Shown piece by piece: positions 59,617-64,000 of a stretch of DNA of 64,000 nt (positions are counted from its first letter, which is position 1; every line of letters starts with the position of its first letter). The position numbers and the translations under genes are program-made. The stretch is from Eledone cirrhosa. Its lineage: Eukaryota. The stretch lies in contig OZ024756.1 in the NCBI GenBank assembly GCA_964016885.1, positions 16,430,001 to 16,494,000 of the forward strand, written 5' to 3'. The notes beneath the pieces are model-generated. The model saw nothing but the letters and a program-made list of their open reading frames with translations. It had not been told where the DNA came from and did not search any database.

Positions 59617-62600
59617 CTGGCCACGAAGGGAAGGGTCAGCGACTGGGATGCGGTCCTAGCTATTGGGCCACGAAGGGAAGGGTCAGTGACTGGGATGTGG
59701 TCTTGGCTATCTGGTCACAAAGGGAAGGGTCAGTGACTAGGATGTGGTCTTGGCTATCTGGTCACAAAGGGAAGGGTCAGTGACTAGGATGTGGTCTTGG
59801 CTATCTGGTCACGAAGGGAAGGGTCAGTGACTGGGGTGAGGTCTTGGCTATCTGGTCACAAAGGGAAGGGTCAGTGACTAGGATGTGGTCTTGGCTATCT
59901 CACCATGAAGGGAAGGGTCAGCGACTGGGATGTGGTCTTGGCTATCTGGTCACGAAGGGAAGGGTCAGTGACTGGGATGTGGTCTTGGCTATCTGGTCAC
60001 AAAGGGAAGGGTCAGTGACTGGGGTGTGGTCTTGGCTATCTGGCCACGAAGGGAAGGGTCAGTGACTGGGGTGTGGTCTTGGCTATCTGACCATGAAGGG
60101 AAGGGTCAGCGACTGGGGTGTGGTCTTGGCTATCTGGTCACGAAGGGAAGGGTCAGTGACTGGGGTGTGGTCTTGGCTATCTGGCCATGAAGGGAAGGGT
60201 CAGTGACTGGGATGTGGTCCTAGCTGTCTGGTCACGAAGGGAAGGGTCAGCGACTGGAATGTGGTCTTGGCTATCTGGTCACAAAGGGAAGGGTCAGCGA
60301 CTGGGATGTGGTCTTGGCTATCTGGTCACAAAGGGAAGGGTCAGTGACTGGGGTGTGGTCTTGGCTATCTGACCATGAAGGGAAGGGTCAGCGACTGGGA
60401 TGTGGTCTTGGCTATCTGGTCACGAAGGGAAGGGTCAGTGACTGGGGTGTGGTCTTGGCTATCTGGCCATGAAGGGAAGGGTCAGTGACTGGGATGTGGT
60501 CCTAGCTGTCTGGTCACGAAGGGAAGGGTCAGCGACTGGAATGTGGTCTTGGCTATCTGGTCACGAAGGGAAGGGTCAGTGACTAGGATGTGGTCCTAGC
60601 TATCTGACCATGAAGGGAAGGGTCAGCGACTGGGATGTGGTCCTAGCTGTCTGGTCACGAAGGGAAGGGTCAGCGACTGGAATGTGGTCTTGGCTATCTG
60701 GTCACAAAGGGAAGGGTCAGTGACTAGGATGTGGTCCTAGCTATCTGACCATGAAGGGAAGGGTCAGCGACTGGGATGTGGTCCTAGCTGTCTGGTCACG
60801 AAGGGAAGGGTCAGCGACTGGAATGTGGTCTTGGCTATCTGGTCACAAAGGGAAGGGTCAGTGACTAGGATGTGGTCTTGGCTATCTGGCCATGAAGGGA
60901 AGGGTCAGTGACTGGGATGTGGTCCTAGCTGTCTGGTCACGAAGGGAAGGGTCAGCGACTGGAATGTGGTCTTGGCTATCTGGTCACGAAGGGAAGGGTC
61001 AGTGACTAGGATGTGGTCTTGGCTATCTGGCCATGAAGGGAAGGGTCAGTGACTGGGATGTGGTTCTAGCTGTCTGGTCACGAAGGGAAGGGTCAGTAAC
61101 TGGGATGTGGTCCTAGCTATCTGGTCACGAAGGGAAGGGTCAGTGACTGGGGTGAGGTCTTGGCTATCTGGTCACGAAGGGAAGGGTCAGTGACTGGGAT
61201 GTGGTCTTGGCTATCTGGTCACGAAGGGAAGGGTCAGTGACTGGGATGTGGTCTTGGCTATCTGGTCACAAAGGGAAGGGTCAGTGACTGGGGTGTGGTC
61301 TTGGCTATCTGGCCACGTAGGGAAGGGTCAGTGACTGGGGTGTGGTCTTGGCTATCTGACCATGAAGGGAAGGGTCAGTAACTGGGATGTGGTCTTGGCT
61401 ATCTGGTCACAAAGGGAAGGGTCAGTGACTGGGGTGTGGTCTTGGCTATCTGGTCACGAAGGGAAGGGTCAGTGACTGGGATGTGGTCTTGGCTATCTGG
61501 TCACGAAGGGAAGGGTCAGTGACTGGGATGTGGTCTTGGCTATCTGGTCACAAAGGGAAGGGTCAGTGACTGGGGTGTGGTCTTGGCTATCTGGTCACGA
61601 AGGGAAGGGTCAGTGACTGGGATGTGGTCTTGGCTATCTGGTCACGAAGGGAAGGGTCAGTGACTGGGATGTGGTCTTGGCTATCTGGCCACGAAGGGAA
61701 GGGTCAGTGACTGGGATGTGGTCTTGGCTATCTGGTCACAAAGGGAAGGGTCAGTGACTGGGGTGTGGTCTTGGCTATCTGGTCACGAAGGGAAGGGTCA
61801 GTGACTGGGATGTGGTCTTGGCTATCTGGTCACGAAGGGAAGGGTCAGTGACTGGGATGTGGTCTTGGCTATCTGGCCATGAAGGGAAGGGTCAGTGACT
61901 GGGGTGTGGTCTTGGCTATCTGGCCATGAAGGGAAGGGACAGTGACTGGGATGTGGTCCGAGCTATCTGGCCACGAAGGGAAGGGTCAGTGACTGGAGTG
62001 TGGTCCTAGCTATCTGGTCACGAAGGGAAGGGTCAGTGACTGGGGTGTGGTCTTGGCTATCTGGCCACGAAGGGAAGGGTCAGTGACTGGGATGTGGTCC
62101 TAGCTGTCTGGTCACGAAGGGAAGGGTCAGCGACTGGAATGTGGTCTTGGCTATCTGGTCACGAAGGGAAGGGTCAGTGACTAGGATGTGGTCTTGGCTA
62201 TCTGGCCATGAAGGGAAGGGTCAGTGACTGGGATGTGGTCTTGGCTATCTGGTCACGAAGGGAAGGGTCAGTAACTGGGATGTGATCTTGGCTATCTGGT
62301 CACGAAGGGAAGGGTCAGTGACTGGGATGTGGTCTTGGCTATCTGGTCACAAAGGGAAGGGTCAGTGACTGGGGTGTGGTCTTGGCTATCTGGTCACGAA
62401 GGGAAGGGTCAGTGACTGGGATGTGGTCTTGGCTATCTGGTCACGAAGGGAAGGGTCAGTGACTGGGATGTGGTCTTGGCTATCTGGCCACGAAGGGAAG
62501 GGTCAGTGACTCGGATGTGGTCTTGGCTATCTGGTCACAAAGGGAAGGGTCAGTGACTGGGGTGTGGTCTTGGCTATCTGGTCACGAAGGGAAGGGTCAG

Positions 62601-63940
62601 TGACTGGGGTGTGGTCTTGGCTATCTGGTCACGAAGGGAAGGGTCAGTGACTGGGGTGTGGTCTTGGCTATCTGGTCACAAAGGGAAGGGTCAGTGACTG
62701 GGGTGTGGTCTTGGCTATCTGGCCATGAAGGGAAGGGTCAGTGACTGGGATGTGGTCCGAGCTATCTGGCCACGAAGGGAAGGGTCAGTGACTGGGGTGT
62801 GGTCTTGGCTATCTGGCCATGAAGGGAAGGGTCAGTGACTGGGGTGTGGTCTTGGCTATCTGGTCACAAAGGGAAGGGTCAGTGACTGGGGTGTGGTCTT
62901 GGCTATCTGGTCACGAAGGGAAGGGTCAGTGACTGGGGTGTGGTCTTGGCTATCTGGTCACAAAGGGAAGGGTCAGTGACTGGGGTGTGGTCTTGGCTAT
63001 CTGGTCACAAAGGGAAGGGTCAGTGACTGGGGTGTGGTCTTGGCTATCTGGCCATGAAGGGAAGGGTCAGTGACTGGGGTGTGGTCTTGGCTATCTGGTC
63101 ACAAAGGGAAGGGTCAGTGACTGGGGTGTGGTCTTGGCTATCTGGCCATGAAGGGAAGGGTCAGTGACTGGGATGTGGTCTTGGCTATCTGGCCATGAAG
63201 GGAAGGGTCAGTGACTGGGATGTGGTCCGAGCTATCTGGTCACGAAGGGAAGGGTCAGTGACTGGGATGTGGTCTTGGCTATCTGGTCACGTAGGGAAGG
63301 GTCAGTGACTGGGGTGTGGTCTTGGCTATCTGGTCACGTAGGGAAGGGTCAGTGACTGGGGTGTGGTCTTGGCTATCTGGTCACGTAGGGAAGGGTCAGT
63401 GACTGGGGTGTGGTCTTGGCTATCTGGTCACAAAGGGAAGGGTCAGTGACTGGGGTGTGGTCTTGGCTATCTGGTCACAAAGGGAAGGGTCAGTGACTGG
63501 GGTGTGGTCTTGGCTATCTGGCCATGAAGGGAAGGGTCAGTGACTGGGGTGTGGTCTTGGCTATCTGGCCACGAAGGGAAGGGTCAGTGACTGGGGTGTG
63601 GTCTTGGCTATCTGGTCACGTAGGGAAGGGTCAGTGACTGGGGTGTGGTCTTGGCTATCTGGTCACGTAGGGAAGGGTCAGTGACTGGGGTGAGGTCTTG
63701 GCTATCTGGTCACGTAGGGAAGGGTCAGTGACTGGGGTGTGGTCTTGGCTATCTGGTCACGTAGGGAAGGGTCAGTGACTGGGGTGAGGTCTTGGCTATC
63801 TGGTCACGTAGGGAAGGGTCAGTGACTGGGGTGAGGTCTTGGCTATCTGGCCACGAAGGGAAGGGTCAGTGACTGGGGTGTGGTCTTGGCTATCTGGCCA
63901 TGAAGGGAAGGGTCAGTGACTGGGGTGTGGTCCTAGCTAT
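59617..63940. repeat. 47-bp tandem repeat array, about 90 copies
   Basis: CTGGTCACGAAGGGAAGGGTCAGTGACTGGGATGTGGTCTTGGCTAT. Confidence 0.96.
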
Positions 63941-64000
63941 TTTGAGAGTATGTGTTCTCCATGAGAGATCCTCAATAATTGTGTAGTTAAGCCTTAGGAA

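Noticed and set aside
59617-63940. CRISPR-like appearance of the tandem arrays (also 58588-58903)
   Set aside because: No unique spacers, no cas genes, and a eukaryotic context

Overview
This is repeat-saturated eukaryotic non-coding DNA. It is most likely from an octopod cephalopod; that is inferred from the SINE/RTE repertoire and the extreme (TA)n/(CA)n load, not from a database search. I could not support any host protein-coding gene, and the long YI-, poly-V/T/P- and Cys/Trp-rich ORFs are simple-repeat artefacts. The window holds decayed retroelements: one CRE-like RT-RLE non-LTR element, several RTE LINEs and tails, two tRNA-derived SINE families, several Penelope-like (RT/GIY-YIG) fragments and a solo LTR. 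It also holds DNA-transposon relics (a hAT with an 8-bp TSD, a Tc1/mariner HTH, a TTAA MITE, Helitron-like elements) and many minisatellites. The most striking signal is not visible in the ORF track: about 15-19 type-I hammerhead ribozyme motifs (stem I-CUGANGA-stem II-GAAA-minimal stem III-UH-stem I) from at least six sequence families, within about 43 kb. Many sit in short non-coding head-to-head inverted-repeat islands inside (TA)n tracts, resembling non-autonomous Penelope pLTR/retrozyme-like elements. A second notable signal is a 17-bp minisatellite that appears to be built from the last nucleotides of the CRE-like element's 3' end plus (TA)n.
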